The notes below the pieces were generated by a model. The model saw only the letters and a program-made list of their open reading frames with translations. It made no database searches and was not told the origin of the DNA. Both the position numbers and the translations under genes were made by a program. Below are positions 9,375 through 19,384 of a DNA stretch of 64,000 nt, one piece after another; the stretch's first letter is position 1; every line of letters begins with the position of its first letter. The stretch covers positions 24,048 to 88,047 of the forward strand of contig CAWJFK010000029.1 of assembly GCA_963842165.1 (NCBI GenBank), given 5' to 3'. Source of the DNA: an uncultured Thermoplasmata archaeon (GTDB lineage: Archaea > Thermoplasmatota > Thermoplasmata > Lutacidiplasmatales > UBA184).

Positions 9375-10272
9375 GTTTTCTTTTCTCCTTGGAAATCTAG
9401 TACCTCGTCGGGCCCCGGGCCCACGCTCTCGGGGTCGATCCGCTCGTCCGCGGGTCCCAGGGGCGGGACGTGCGCGGGCGGCGCGTCCCGGTGCGCGCTT
9501 TCGTGGGGGGCGCTCTCGGGACCGTGGTCGCCGGACGAGGAAGTGGAGACGAGGTAGCTCTCGACGCGCTCGGTGAGGCCGCGGCGCTGGCCCTGGTCCT
9601 CGATGAGACGGAGCGCCTCGCTCGCGCGGAGGATCGCCTCGGGAGAGCCGTTGATCCAGACGCGGCCGTTCTGGCCCACCGCGACCTGGGCGCCGTGTGC
9701 CGCGTGATCGTCTCGATCATCGAACCGCCGCGGCCGACGACGCGGGGGATGCGGGCGGGGGAGACGTTCACGATCGTGCCGCCCTCGAGCTTGCCGAGGC
9801 CGTCTCCGAGCATCGTCACGCCGATCCGGCCGGTGGGGTCCAAGTTTTCGACCCGGACGATCACCGAATCGCGGACGCGCAGGAACTTCTCGGTCTCCCC
9901 GATCTCGACGTTCCAGGGGGTGCCCGTCATGTGAAGGGGCGCCCAGCGGGGCGCGCCGATGTCGAGCAGCCAGAACGTGCCCTGGCAGTCGGTCACCGTC
10001 CCGATCGACGATGTCCTCGGGCTTCGGGATGTACCGTCCGGAGAGCGGGATGACCTGGAGGAACGGGGGCTTGGGGAGAGGAGGCCTAGGATGCTCGCGT
10101 AGACCTTGCCGCCCACACGGTAGGTTCCCCGGCTGGGCTTCATGCCCTGGCTCGGGAGCTCCTGACCGGGGAGAACTAGGTATGCGATCCCCTGAGGGAT
10201 GCGAGGACGAATCCTCGCGGCCACGCCGACGGTGGCCCGATCGTTGACCTTGGGACATTGGTTGTGCTGCAC
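9362..10272 (-). CDS. rrp4: Exosome RNA-binding subunit Rrp4 (S1/KH), with three frame breaks
   Basis: Two overlapping track ORFs alternate: [34 protein letters not shown] / [22 protein letters not shown] / [26 protein letters not shown]...[21 protein letters not shown] / [32 protein letters not shown]. Breaks lie near 10080, 10010 and 9700. Confidence 0.8.
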
Positions 10273-10293
10273 CGGGGCGCGCCGACGGGGGGA

Positions 10294-10303
10294 CGCTATT
10301 TAA
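10294..10303 (-). promoter_or_regulatory. Putative TATA box for the exosome operon
   Basis: The reverse complement reads TTAAATAGCG, identical to the 10-mer upstream of rps12. It lies 22-31 nt upstream of the rrp4 GTG at 10272 and overlaps the SBDS stop codon. Confidence 0.45.
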
Positions 10304-11063
10304 CTAAGGCGGTTTCGGCGGCGCCCTTCGTGCGCGCGTTGAGCAGCGCGTAGAGGTCGGTCTGGATTCCGGCGGGGATTTCGAGGATCCCGGACCAGGC
10401 CCCGTCTCCGAGCCACTGCTCCTCCAGGACCTTGCCCATCCCCTTCAGGTCGCCGATGATGCGCGGGTAGAACTGGGCCGGCAGGCGGATCCGGACCTTG
10501 ACGATGTCCAGTCGGATCGGCAGGATCGGTCGGAGCTTCTGGAGGACCTCCTGGACCTGGACGTCGACGGGGCGGAACGGGTCGACATGGTACTTCGCCT
10601 CCGTCATCGCGGCGTCGATCCGCGCCGCCGGGTGCGGCGCACCGGTCTGGGGGTTCATCGCGTTGCGGGCGATCGTCTGGACGATCTGGGTGTGCTTCAG
10701 CGCCTGAAGCTGGTGGCGCTGCTCGGTGGTCACCTGGACCTCGCCCTTCCGGACGATCTGTTTCGCGATCGTCGCGAGGTCGCGGGTGTGGAACGTCTTT
10801 TCGAGATGCTCGTCCGAGACCTGGTCGCCTTTCTTCGCGTCCTTGAACACCTGGTCGAGGGCGAGCTTGCCCGTCAGGTCGATGTCTTCGCCGTCCTTGA
10901 TCGCCTGGGCAGCGAGCGGGTCGACCAGCACTTCGAAGCGGGACCCGTCGATCTCAAGCCGGGCGATGACCGCGGTGTCGACCGTGACGCCTCGCCCGGC
11001 GGTGTTGTGGTCCTTACCGGACTTCGGGGGGGGATGATGGGTTTTCGGGATGCCGCCTCTCAC
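10296..11063 (-). CDS. SBDS-family ribosome maturation protein
   Basis: VIARLEIDGSRFEVLVDPLAAQAIKDGEDIDLTGKLALDQVFKDAKKGDQVSDEHLEKTF...YHVDPFRPVDVQVQEVLQKLRPILPIR. It occupies the conserved position between psmA and rrp4. The start is uncertain: the GTG at 11063 overlaps the psmA 3' end. Confidence 0.8.
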   Translation of the reverse strand: MRGGIPKTHHPPPKSGKDHNTAGRGVTVDTAVIARLEIDGSRFEVLVDPLAAQAIKDGEDIDLTGKLALDQVFKDAKKGDQVSDEHLEKTFHTRDLATIAKQIVRKGEVQVTTEQRHQLQALKHTQIVQTIARNAMNPQTGAPHPAARIDAAMTEAKYHVDPFRPVDVQVQEVLQKLRPILPIRLDIVKVRIRLPAQFYPRIIGDLKGMGKVLEEQWLGDGAWSGILEIPAGIQTDLYALLNARTKGAAETALVK

Positions 11064-11814
11064 GGACGGTTCGCCCGACCGGTCCGGAGGGAGCAGGCAG
11101 TCGGGCCACGAATTTCAGGATCTCGTCGCCGGCGAGGCGCGTCATCCCCTCGCCCTCGTCCATCGTCACGACCTCGACCTGGGCGAGGCTCCCTCCCTCG
11201 TCGAGGCCGGCCCGTAGGCCCTCGAGGGCGAGCAGGATCGCCGCGTCCCGGTCCATGCCGGGCTTGTACTTCTGCTCGAAAAGCTCCATCACCGGGCCCT
11301 TGTTGCCGCCCGTGCTGGACGCCTTGAAGCTCGTGAGCGAACCGGACGGTTCGGTCTCGAACAGGCGAATGCCCGAGTCGTCGTACCCGCCGACCAAGAG
11401 GGCCGTTCCGAAGGGCCGCACGCCACCGAACTGGGTGTACTGCTGCTTGTAATCGCAGATCTTGCGGACGAGGAGCTCGACGGACATCGGCTCGGAGTAC
11501 GTGATCCGGTTGATCTGGGCGGAGAGGCGCGCGTAGTCGACCAGGACCCGAGCGTCGGCGACCAGGCCCGCGGTCGCGCACGCGATGTTCTCGTCGATCT
11601 GGTGGATCTTCTCCAGGCTCGCGGCCTCGGCCAACTTCGGGTTGGGGATCCTTCGGTCCGCGATCAGCACGAGCCCGCCGTGGTAGACGACGCCGGCCGT
11701 GGTTGCTCCGCGGCGCACCGCCTCCCGCGCGTATTCGACCTGGAAGAGTCGGCCGTCCGGGGAAAAGACGGTGATCGCCCGGTCGTAGGCCATCTGGCCG
11801 GGTTGCATCTCCAT
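11014..11814 (-). CDS. psmA: Proteasome subunit alpha
   Basis: YDRAITVFSPDGRLFQVEYAREAVRRGATTAGV...YTQFGGVRPFGTALLVGGYD is a canonical alpha-subunit N-terminus and core. Confidence 0.92.
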   Translation of the reverse strand: MEMQPGQMAYDRAITVFSPDGRLFQVEYAREAVRRGATTAGVVYHGGLVLIADRRIPNPKLAEAASLEKIHQIDENIACATAGLVADARVLVDYARLSAQINRITYSEPMSVELLVRKICDYKQQYTQFGGVRPFGTALLVGGYDDSGIRLFETEPSGSLTSFKASSTGGNKGPVMELFEQKYKPGMDRDAAILLALEGLRAGLDEGGSLAQVEVVTMDEGEGMTRLAGDEILKFVARLPAPSGPVGRTVRERRHPENPSSPPEVR

Positions 11815-11846
11815 CGAGCGTCTCCGTCCCGGCCACCCGAGACCCC

Positions 11847-11855
11847 TTTATAAAA
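11847..11855 (-). promoter_or_regulatory. Putative TATA box upstream of psmA
   Basis: TTTATAAAA lies 33-41 nt upstream of the psmA ATG at 11814 and is the only AT-rich element in the spacer. Confidence 0.5.
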
Positions 11856-11967
11856 GGCACCCGCGCGGTTACGCCCCGGTCAGCCGATTACGGGCCGTCC
11901 CCGCACGTCGGAGGCGGTCCGCCTCGCGCCCGACACACGTATCTATCGTCTCGGACAGGGCGCGCGG

Positions 11968-14073
11968 ATGGCCGGTGCGCGCGAGCCCGACCGGGCGAAT
12001 CGCCTTGCCGGACGAAGCTCGGCGTACCTCCGGAGCGCGGTCGAGCAGCCGATCGACTGGCATCCGTGGGGGCCCGAGCCGTTCGAGATCGCCCAGCGGA
12101 CCCACCGCCCGATCCTCCTGGACATCGGAGCCTCTTGGTGCCACTGGTGCCACGTCATGGACGAGGGGACGTACGTCGACGCCGAGGTCGCGCGGCTCCT
12201 CGCCGAACATTTCATCGCCGTGAAGGTCGACCGGGACGAGAATCCCGAGGTCGACCGCCGGTATCAGCGCCAGGTCGGGGCCCTGACGGGCGAAGGCGGC
12301 TGGCCCCTCACCGCGTTCCTCACGCCCTCCGGGGAGGTATTCCTCGGTGGGACGTACTTCCCTCCGACCGACGGCCACGGCCGACCGGGCTTCCGGCGCG
12401 TCCTGAAGGAGGTGGCTCGGCTGTGGCACGAGGAGCCGGAGAAGATCCAGGAGAACTCACGGGCGGTGCAAGGCGCTCTCGAGCGGATGCGGGCCGCTCG
12501 CGCTCCCGACGCGCAGGCGCTCGACGCGTTCCAAGGCGCGGTCATCTCCGAGGTGCATTCCAGGTACGACCCGGTGAACGGGGGCTTCGGCATGGCTCCG
12601 AAGTTCCCGCACCCCACCGCGATCGCACTCCTGCTCTGGGACGGCCGCCAGAACCGCCGGGCCGAGAGCGACGACCGGGCGGCCGAGACCCTCCGACGAA
12701 TGGGGGACGGAGGGATGTACGACCAGGTCGGCGGCGGCTTCCACCGATACTCGGTGGACGAGGGGTGGCACATTCCGCACTTCGAGAAGATGGGCGTGGA
12801 CAACGCGGCCCTTCTCTCCGCGTACGTCGACGGGGTTCGCCGGTTCGGCGAACCCCGATTCGAGGAGCTCGTGCGCGGCACCGTCGGCTGGATCCGAGAC
12901 GTCCTCGAGGACCCGGCCGGAGGGTTCGGGTCGAGCCAGGACGCGGACAACGCGCCCGGTGACGACGGCGGTTACTTCACCTGGAGTCGAGCGGAGCTGA
13001 AGGCGGCCCTCGACGCGGACGAGTACCGATTCGCCGCACGTTTCTTCGGGGTGGGGACCGACGGCCGCATGCCCCACGACCCCGAGCGGAACGTCCTGTT
13101 CCGGATGCTCCCCCCCGAGGAGGCCGCGGAGGGACTCTCTCTCCCAGGGGGGCCGGCCACGGCGCTCGGCCGGGTCCTGGGCCGGCTCCGGGCGGTTCGC
13201 GGCCAGCGCCCCACGCCGGCGGTCGACCGCGCCCTGTACGCGGACATCAACGGGCGGTTCATCGCTGCGTTCGCCCAGGCCGGGAGCGTGGTGGGCGAGT
13301 CGCTCCTCCTCGCGGACGCCCGGCGTGCGGCCGACCGTTTCCTCGCGCACGCGTACTCCCCCGACCACGGAGTGGCCCATCGACTCGACTCGGACGGACC
13401 GCATGGATGGGGACTCCTCGAAGACCAGGTCGCCTTCGCCGGGGGCCTCGTTGAGCTGGCGGGCGCACTGGCCGAACCCCGCTACGCCGAGGCGGCCACG
13501 ACTCTGCTCAGCCTGGTCGACCGGGAATTCCGGGGGGAGGACGGACTGCTCCGAGACCTCTCGCCCCGCCTCTACGATGGTCCCCCCCTCGGAGCCCTGA
13601 ACGAGCCGAACTACCCGCTCGAGGACAGCCCGCACCTCTCGGCGAACTCGGCGGCGGCGATTGCCTTCCTGCGCCTCGCCAGCCTCACGCACGACGACCG
13701 ATGGCGAGCCAAGGCCTCGGCGCTCCTCCCTCCCATCGCGAATCGTCTCGGCCACGCCGGGCTCTTCGCGGCCGGCGCCGCGCTCGCGTGCGGGCTCGCG
13801 ACCGGGGAACCCGCGACCGTCATCGTCGAAGGGACCGGGGCCGAGGCGCATGCGCTCGCACGGACCGCCCGCCGGACGTGGCATCCGAACGCCTGGGTCT
13901 TTGAAGGCCGCCCCCCTCCGCCGCTGGCGCTCCCTGACGCGGCCGGGGCACCCGGCGCCGGAACTACCCCTCGAGCGTTGGTGTGTTTTGGGATGGTGTG
14001 CGCCCCACCCGTCACCGAGCCCGCGGCGCTGCGGAGGTTGCTCGAGGCAGGACCGTCGGCCGGGGCAGTGTGA
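11968..14073 (+). CDS. Thioredoxin-domain protein (DUF255/YyaL-like, with a C-terminal alpha/alpha-toroid domain)
   Basis: The N-terminus is NRLAGRSSAYLRSAVEQPIDWHPWGPEPFEIAQRTHRPILLDIGASWCHWCHVMDEGTY...VKVDRDENPEVDRRY. The 701-aa length fits the family. Confidence 0.8.
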   Translation: MAGAREPDRANRLAGRSSAYLRSAVEQPIDWHPWGPEPFEIAQRTHRPILLDIGASWCHWCHVMDEGTYVDAEVARLLAEHFIAVKVDRDENPEVDRRYQRQVGALTGEGGWPLTAFLTPSGEVFLGGTYFPPTDGHGRPGFRRVLKEVARLWHEEPEKIQENSRAVQGALERMRAARAPDAQALDAFQGAVISEVHSRYDPVNGGFGMAPKFPHPTAIALLLWDGRQNRRAESDDRAAETLRRMGDGGMYDQVGGGFHRYSVDEGWHIPHFEKMGVDNAALLSAYVDGVRRFGEPRFEELVRGTVGWIRDVLEDPAGGFGSSQDADNAPGDDGGYFTWSRAELKAALDADEYRFAARFFGVGTDGRMPHDPERNVLFRMLPPEEAAEGLSLPGGPATALGRVLGRLRAVRGQRPTPAVDRALYADINGRFIAAFAQAGSVVGESLLLADARRAADRFLAHAYSPDHGVAHRLDSDGPHGWGLLEDQVAFAGGLVELAGALAEPRYAEAATTLLSLVDREFRGEDGLLRDLSPRLYDGPPLGALNEPNYPLEDSPHLSANSAAAIAFLRLASLTHDDRWRAKASALLPPIANRLGHAGLFAAGAALACGLATGEPATVIVEGTGAEAHALARTARRTWHPNAWVFEGRPPPPLALPDAAGAPGAGTTPRALVCFGMVCAPPVTEPAALRRLLEAGPSAGAV

Positions 14074-14839
14074 GAACGCCTAGGTCGGTCCCGTCGAGCA
14101 GGTACGCGCGGGCGGTGCCCCTCGAGAGGAACCGACCGTAGAGGAATGACCGGCCCCGCGCGGGACGTTCCCGATTGAGCGCCTCCGTCCCCGCGATCGG
14201 GTTGAACGCGGGCAGCACGATGAGTTCGCTCGCCCGTACGATGGCATGGCGTCGCCGGCGGCGGGTCGCCGGGGGCGGCGGCGGGAGCTCGAGGCGCACC
14301 CAGCACCGCCGCTTGCCGAGCGGGTCGTCCGGGCTCGGGGCCAGCCGAAAGCCTGGGTGGAGGTGGCCGACGACGAGCTGGCGGGCCCGGAGGACGCGGT
14401 TCGACGGCCAGCAGTGTCCATGGAAGATCCCGACCCCGTCCCTCACGAGCCCCGACGCCGGATGGACGGCGACCTCGCGGGGCAGGTGGCGTGTGAGGCC
14501 GACATCGTGGTTCCCGAGCACCACTTCCACCTCGAGCCCGGCCTCGAGCAAGGAAGAGAAGAATCCAAAGACGACCGGTCGGAGCGGAGGCGGCGTACCG
14601 ACGATCGGATGCTTCACGTCGCCCGCGATCACGACGCGGCCGGCGCGCGCGGTCCGGGCGAGGTCGACCACGCGGTCCGCGAGCGCCGAGGCCGAGCCCT
14701 CTGGGGGGCCCGCGGGTCGGTCGTGGCTGGCCCCGAGCCCAAGGTGCAGGTCGGCCAGAAGGAGGCTCGTCGTGCCCCCGTCCGGGGGTCGGAGGGTAAG
14801 GACCGGTGCGCCCAGGACCGGAGCGAGGCCCTCCACCAT
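14012..14839 (-). CDS. Metallophosphoesterase (calcineurin-like)
   Basis: It carries LLLADLHLG, VVIAGDVKH, VLGNHD and GHCWP/GHLHP motifs. Its 3' end overlaps the convergent gene by about 60 nt. Confidence 0.75.
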   Translation of the reverse strand: MVEGLAPVLGAPVLTLRPPDGGTTSLLLADLHLGLGASHDRPAGPPEGSASALADRVVDLARTARAGRVVIAGDVKHPIVGTPPPLRPVVFGFFSSLLEAGLEVEVVLGNHDVGLTRHLPREVAVHPASGLVRDGVGIFHGHCWPSNRVLRARQLVVGHLHPGFRLAPSPDDPLGKRRCWVRLELPPPPPATRRRRRHAIVRASELIVLPAFNPIAGTEALNRERPARGRSFLYGRFLSRGTARAYLLDGTDLGVLTLPRPTVLPRATSAAPRAR

Positions 14840-14920
14840 GGAGGGCCGGACCGGAACGAGCGCCTTGACGATTCCGGCTCCCTCGTACCCGTGGATGTCT
14901 CGAGAGGACCGACCATAGCT

Positions 14921-14928
14921 ATTTATGT
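14921..14928 (+). promoter_or_regulatory. Putative TATA box upstream of the COG1395-like regulator
   Basis: ATTTATGT lies about 31-38 nt upstream of the ATG at 14959. It is followed by GTAG-AA-GTAGTA, half-sites resembling the 4.5-kb palindrome arms. Confidence 0.4.
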
Positions 14929-14958
14929 AGAAGTAGTAATCGAAGTTTGGGGACGACG

Positions 14959-15975
14959 ATGCCGCGGACCCGAGAACGGTGGATCGAACAGATCCGGGAC
15001 CTCCTCGGCCGTTCGGGGTTCTACGTGGCGGACTCCCACGGGGTCCGGCCGTCGAGCTTCGACCTCGCGGCCCGCCGCGACGCGACGCTGCTCCTCATCA
15101 AGGTTCTCAAGAACATCGACGCGCTCGGAGCGGAGGAAGCGACCCGGCTCCTCGAGCTTGGCCACCTGTTTCCGGCGACCGCCCTCATCATCGGGCAGGC
15201 GTCGGGAGCGGCCGAGCTTGACCCCGGGGTGGTGTACACCCGGTACGGCGTTCCGATCATCAACGAGGAGACGCTGCGGGAGTACCTCGAAGCGGGCGTT
15301 CCCCCGTTCCTCTACGCGAGTCCGGGCGGAACGTTCGCCCGAATCTCCGGCGAGCGGCTCCGCGAGCTGCGACTCGGCCGTGGGTTGTCGCTCGGTACGC
15401 TCGCTACGGTGGCGGGCGTTTCGCGCCGCGCCATCCAGCTGTACGAGGAAGGCGCGGGGGCCGAGATCGATGTCATCGAGCGGATCGAGAACTTCCTCGG
15501 CGAGCCGATCGTCTCGCCGATCGCTATCTTCGGGATCGTCCCGACGCGACCCGCGTCCGGCGAAACCCCCTCCCGGTCGACCGCGGCCCCGAGTCCCAGG
15601 AAGGAGGCGGACGCGATTCCGGCGACGGCCCGTCCGCGCGTCCCGACGGGCGACCCGCTCCGCGACGGGGTGATCGACCAGTTGGACGGCCTGGGTCTCG
15701 AGGTGACCGTGACCGTCCGCGCGCCGTTCGACGCGTTCTCCCGCTCCCCTCAGATCCTACTCACGGGGGTCGGTAGCCTGCGGACCGCGCTCCACCGCGC
15801 CGAGATCCTCTACGAGCTCTCGCGCGTCGCCGAGGGGCACGCGATGTTCGTGGTCGCCGAGAGCGTCCACCGCCCCTCGATCGACGGGCTCCCGATCCTC
15901 AACGTGCGCGAGCTGCGCCGCCACCGCGACCGCGACGACCTCTTCGACGACCTCACCGAACGCGAAGGGCCGTGA
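14959..15975 (+). CDS. Archaeal HTH (XRE-type) transcriptional regulator, COG1395-like
   Basis: IEQIRDLLGRSGFYV...SFDLAARRDATLLLIKVLKNID...GERLRELRLGRGLSLGTLATVAGVSRRAIQLYEEG. The track ORF starts at a TTG at 14947, but the ATG at 14959 is preferred. Confidence 0.65.
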   Translation: MPRTRERWIEQIRDLLGRSGFYVADSHGVRPSSFDLAARRDATLLLIKVLKNIDALGAEEATRLLELGHLFPATALIIGQASGAAELDPGVVYTRYGVPIINEETLREYLEAGVPPFLYASPGGTFARISGERLRELRLGRGLSLGTLATVAGVSRRAIQLYEEGAGAEIDVIERIENFLGEPIVSPIAIFGIVPTRPASGETPSRSTAAPSPRKEADAIPATARPRVPTGDPLRDGVIDQLDGLGLEVTVTVRAPFDAFSRSPQILLTGVGSLRTALHRAEILYELSRVAEGHAMFVVAESVHRPSIDGLPILNVRELRRHRDRDDLFDDLTEREGP

Positions 15976-16608
15976 TCACCGCCCGCTTCTCCGACGTCGG
16001 GGACATCCTCCTCGTCGCGCCGGTCCGCGGCCTCGCGAGCGAGGCGCCGGCGACCGTCCGGGCGGTCGGGGGGCACGCTCCGGGAGTGGTGGGCCTCGGG
16101 ATCTCGCCCGAGGAGCTGCGGGGGTTCCTCGAGGTACTTCGTGCGTTCCGCGGCCGAGCCGGTCGTGCCCCTCACGACGGCCGAGCGCAGCGAGGTGCGG
16201 GGGCTCGTGCGGTTCGGCGAGGTCTCGGTCCCCAACCCCTCCTTCCTCGAGGTCCTCCGATGGGCGAGCGCCGGCGGGGTCCCCGCCGAAGGGCTCGACC
16301 CGGGCGAGGACGAGACGGCGACCCTCTTCGCCGAGCACATCGGCTACCTCGAGCTGGTCCGGCGCACGGTCCGGGAGCGGAACGTCTCCCGGAACCCTCC
16401 GGCGCCGAACAGCCCCGACGAGTTCGCGCTCCGCTGGGACCACCACGTCGCCCGGGGCCGCGGCTCGCGCCGGTTCGCCGGGGCGCGCGACCTCTACCTG
16501 GTCGGGTCGGCGCGCCGGCTCGCCGCGATCCATTCCCGGGTGGCCGTGGTCGTCGACCGGGAACGGTTCGATGGGATCCGGGACCTATTCCGGGCGCCCG
16601 CGTCCTAG
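15972..16608 (+). CDS. Conserved hypothetical protein, frameshifted as sequenced
   Basis: The N-terminal frame (ITARFSDVGDILLVAPVRGLASEAPATVRAVGGHAPGVVGLGISPEELRGFLE) joins ORF 16141..16608 (EPVVPLTTAERSEVRGLVRFGEVSVPNPSFLEVLRWA...) near 16140. No family could be assigned. Confidence 0.4.
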
Positions 16609-16617
16609 GCGAGGGCG

Positions 16618-17166
16618 CTAATCCTCGTCCTTCGCGGCGAGGATCTTCTCGAGCATCGTCCGCGCGTCGCGCCGGAACGAGTCGATCGGGCCCTCGTTGA
16701 TCAGCATGCCGTCCGCGAGGGCGAAAGCGTTGCCGATCCCCCACTTGAGCTCCCGGCGGTCGCGGTCGAAGAAGTCCTGGAGGCTCCCGCCGTCGTCGTT
16801 GCGGCTGCGGGCCGTCATGCGATCGTACCGTGTCTCGGGCGACGCGAAGATCCCGAGCACGAACAGGTCGCCGAAGTTGTGGCGGAAGACGGTCACTTCG
16901 GTGTCGGAGCGGCAGCCGTCGACGAGCATCCGGGTCTCGGTGAGCTTGGGCAGCGCGCGCTGGGCCCAGATCCCGCCGCCGTGCTTGTCCCGCTCTTCCG
17001 ACGCGATGCGCCCCACGTTGGCGCTGGTGAGCGGAAGCCCGCGGCGCCGGGTCTCGTCCCGGACGAGGTCGCCCATCTTGAGGGTCGCGAGGCCGATCGA
17101 GCGCGCGATCTCGAGCAGCTCGTCCTTGCCGGAGCCGGGCATCCCGACCGTGACGATGAGTTTCAT
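16618..17166 (-). CDS. P-loop nucleotide kinase-like protein (UPF0200-like)
   Basis: It has MKLIVTVGMPGSGKDELLEIARSIGL (Walker A) and a length of about 180 aa, typical of small archaeal kinases. Confidence 0.6.
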   Translation of the reverse strand: MKLIVTVGMPGSGKDELLEIARSIGLATLKMGDLVRDETRRRGLPLTSANVGRIASEERDKHGGGIWAQRALPKLTETRMLVDGCRSDTEVTVFRHNFGDLFVLGIFASPETRYDRMTARSRNDDGGSLQDFFDRDRRELKWGIGNAFALADGMLINEGPIDSFRRDARTMLEKILAAKDED

Positions 17167-17825
17167 GGCGGGCCCGGGGGCGGGTCGCCGGGGTTGGTCG
17201 GCGGGGCCGCGGTCGCCGCGAGGTGCGACGACACGTCGCTCTCACTGACCGCCTGGAGTCGGTCGGCGCGCTGCCGATAGGCATTCGCCTCCTGCTCCTC
17301 CAGCCGGGCCGCCTCGGTGTAGCGGTCGACCTTGACCTTCAGCTCGGCGGTCTTCTGCGTCTTCTGGGCCGCGCGCAGCTCGAGGTGGCGGGACTTCTGT
17401 TGCTTGTCGACGACTTTCTGCTGGAGCTTGCGGACCCGGTAGTGCAGGCTCGTGACGTCGCTCGTCATCGCGACCGTGTGGCCGAGGCCCGGCGGAGCGT
17501 TGCTCTGGCGCTGGGTCGTGGACGCCGCGATGTCGCGCTCGTGCTGCTTGATCTGCTGCTCGATCTCGGGGGTCTCGGCGAGCACCTTCTGGGCCTTCTC
17601 GCGGAGGAGCGTCGCCTGGTGGCGGAGCTTCTCGATCCGCGTGTTGAGACGGGCCACCCGCTGCTGGGCACGGGCCGAGGCGCGGTCGTGGCGCGCGGCG
17701 TGCTCGCGGAGCTTCGTGATGTCGGCGTACTGCTGGCCGATCCATCGCGACCGTCGGGCCGCGAGGGGAGTGCCAGGACCCGGCGCTTCGGGAGGAGTTC
17801 CGCCGGATGCCATCGAGGTAAACAC
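17163..17825 (-). CDS. Coiled-coil hypothetical protein
   Basis: Heptad-rich and Q/K/R/E-rich sequence (LREKAQKVLAETPEIEQQIKQHERDI...KLQQKVVDKQQKSRHLELRAAQKTQKTAELKVKVDRY). A 4-nt overlap with the downstream kinase gene suggests an operon. Confidence 0.45.
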   Translation of the reverse strand: MFTSMASGGTPPEAPGPGTPLAARRSRWIGQQYADITKLREHAARHDRASARAQQRVARLNTRIEKLRHQATLLREKAQKVLAETPEIEQQIKQHERDIAASTTQRQSNAPPGLGHTVAMTSDVTSLHYRVRKLQQKVVDKQQKSRHLELRAAQKTQKTAELKVKVDRYTEAARLEEQEANAYRQRADRLQAVSESDVSSHLAATAAPPTNPGDPPPGPP

Positions 17826-17877
17826 ACCGGGCCGCGCGATATATCGGTTGTCGTGCCGCGGAAACCGGTCGGGACGC

Positions 17878-19384
17878 CTACGCGCGGGATGGGCGAGGCG
17901 GACGGAGGGCGGGGAAGATCCGGTTTCCGAGCTCCGCCCGGGGGACCCGCTCCTGGACCCGGGAGTCGCGGGCGCGGAGGGTCACGGTATCCTTCGACGG
18001 ACCGTCGGTGAGCGTTTCGCCGTCGACCGTGACGCAGAACGGCGCTCCGGCCTCGTCCATCCGGGCGTACCGCTTGCCGATCGAGCTGCCCCGGTCGGTA
18101 CTGAGTGGAGATCCCGAGGGCCGCGAGCTCGTCCGTCAGCGCGAGGGCGTAGTCCGCGTGCTCCTTGTCGATCAGCGGGAAGACCCCCACGGCCACCGGC
18201 GCGAGGTAGCTCGGGAGCTTCCAGACGGTCCGCTCCCCTTCGCGCCCGAGGTGGACGTCCGCGAGGGCCCAGATGTTCCGGTCGACCCCGAACGTCAGCT
18301 CGAGGACGTGGGGCAGCAGAGGCTCCCGGCCGGTCGGGTGGACGGAGAGGTCCTTCCCGGACCCCTGGCTGTGCCGCGAGAGGTCGTAATCACCGCGGTA
18401 GTGGACTGCGCCGAGCTCCTTGAAGCCACCAAGGCTTTCGAGCCGGACCTCGACGTCGAACTGGATCCGGTTGTAGAACGCCCGCTCCTTGTCGGACTTC
18501 TCGAACAGGCGGATCCGGTCGGCTGGGTACCCGAGGACGTCCCGGAAGAAGCGGAGCGTGTGGACGAGATGGTAGACGTAGAACTCGGGCAACCCTCCCG
18601 TGCGCACCAGGTCGTCCGCCCGCACCATCTCGGGGGTCTCCTCGCCCCGCTCGCGGCGGTCGACGCGGAGCATCGGCAGCAGCTCCTCGCGCACCCGGTC
18701 GAACGGAACAGGGAACCCCGCCGGGTCGAAGAAGATCTGGAGCTCCGCCTGGGTGAACGCCCGCATCCGGAACAGGACCTGCCGGGGGGCGATCTCGTTC
18801 CGGTACGCCTTCCCGATGACCGCGACCCCGAGCGGGAGGGCACGGCGGCCCACGTCCCACATCCGGGCGAACGAGAGGTAGCTTCCCTGGGCGGTCTCCG
18901 GGCGGAGGTACGCCCTCTCCTTGCTCGTGACGCCCCAGTCGACGCCAAACATGAGGTTGAACGGGCGTGGGACGCTGAGCGCGAGCGAGCCGCAGGTAGG
19001 GCACTTCAGGTGGTTCTCCGAGACGATCTCGCCGATCTGCACGGGCGTGAGGCCGTCCACTCCCTCCGGCCGGACCTTCTCGAGGATCGTCTCGGCCCGG
19101 AAGGCCGAGTGGCATGACTCGCAGGTGACCTCGGGGTCGGTGAAGTTCTCGAGATGTCCCGACGCCCGAACGACGGCCTCGGGCAAGATCTCGGCGGGCT
19201 CAATGAGATGGTAGTCGTGCGAGAGTCCGACGAACCACGCGGCCCAGGCCTCCTCGACCCGCCGCTTGAGGGCGAACCCCAGCGGTCCATAGTCGTACAG
19301 CCCCTGAGTCCCTCCGTAGATCTCGGCCGAGGGCCAAAGGACCCCCCGTCGCCGGAGAAGGGCATACAGCTCGTCGCTCTTCAC
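17878..19384 (-). CDS. glyS: Glycine--tRNA ligase (archaeal/eukaryotic type), frameshifted as sequenced
   Basis: [39 protein letters not shown]...[14 protein letters not shown]...[24 protein letters not shown]. The C-terminus is in ORF 17878..18060 ([26 protein letters not shown]). The break is near 18097. A GTGA overlap joins the start to the upstream gene's stop. Confidence 0.88.
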
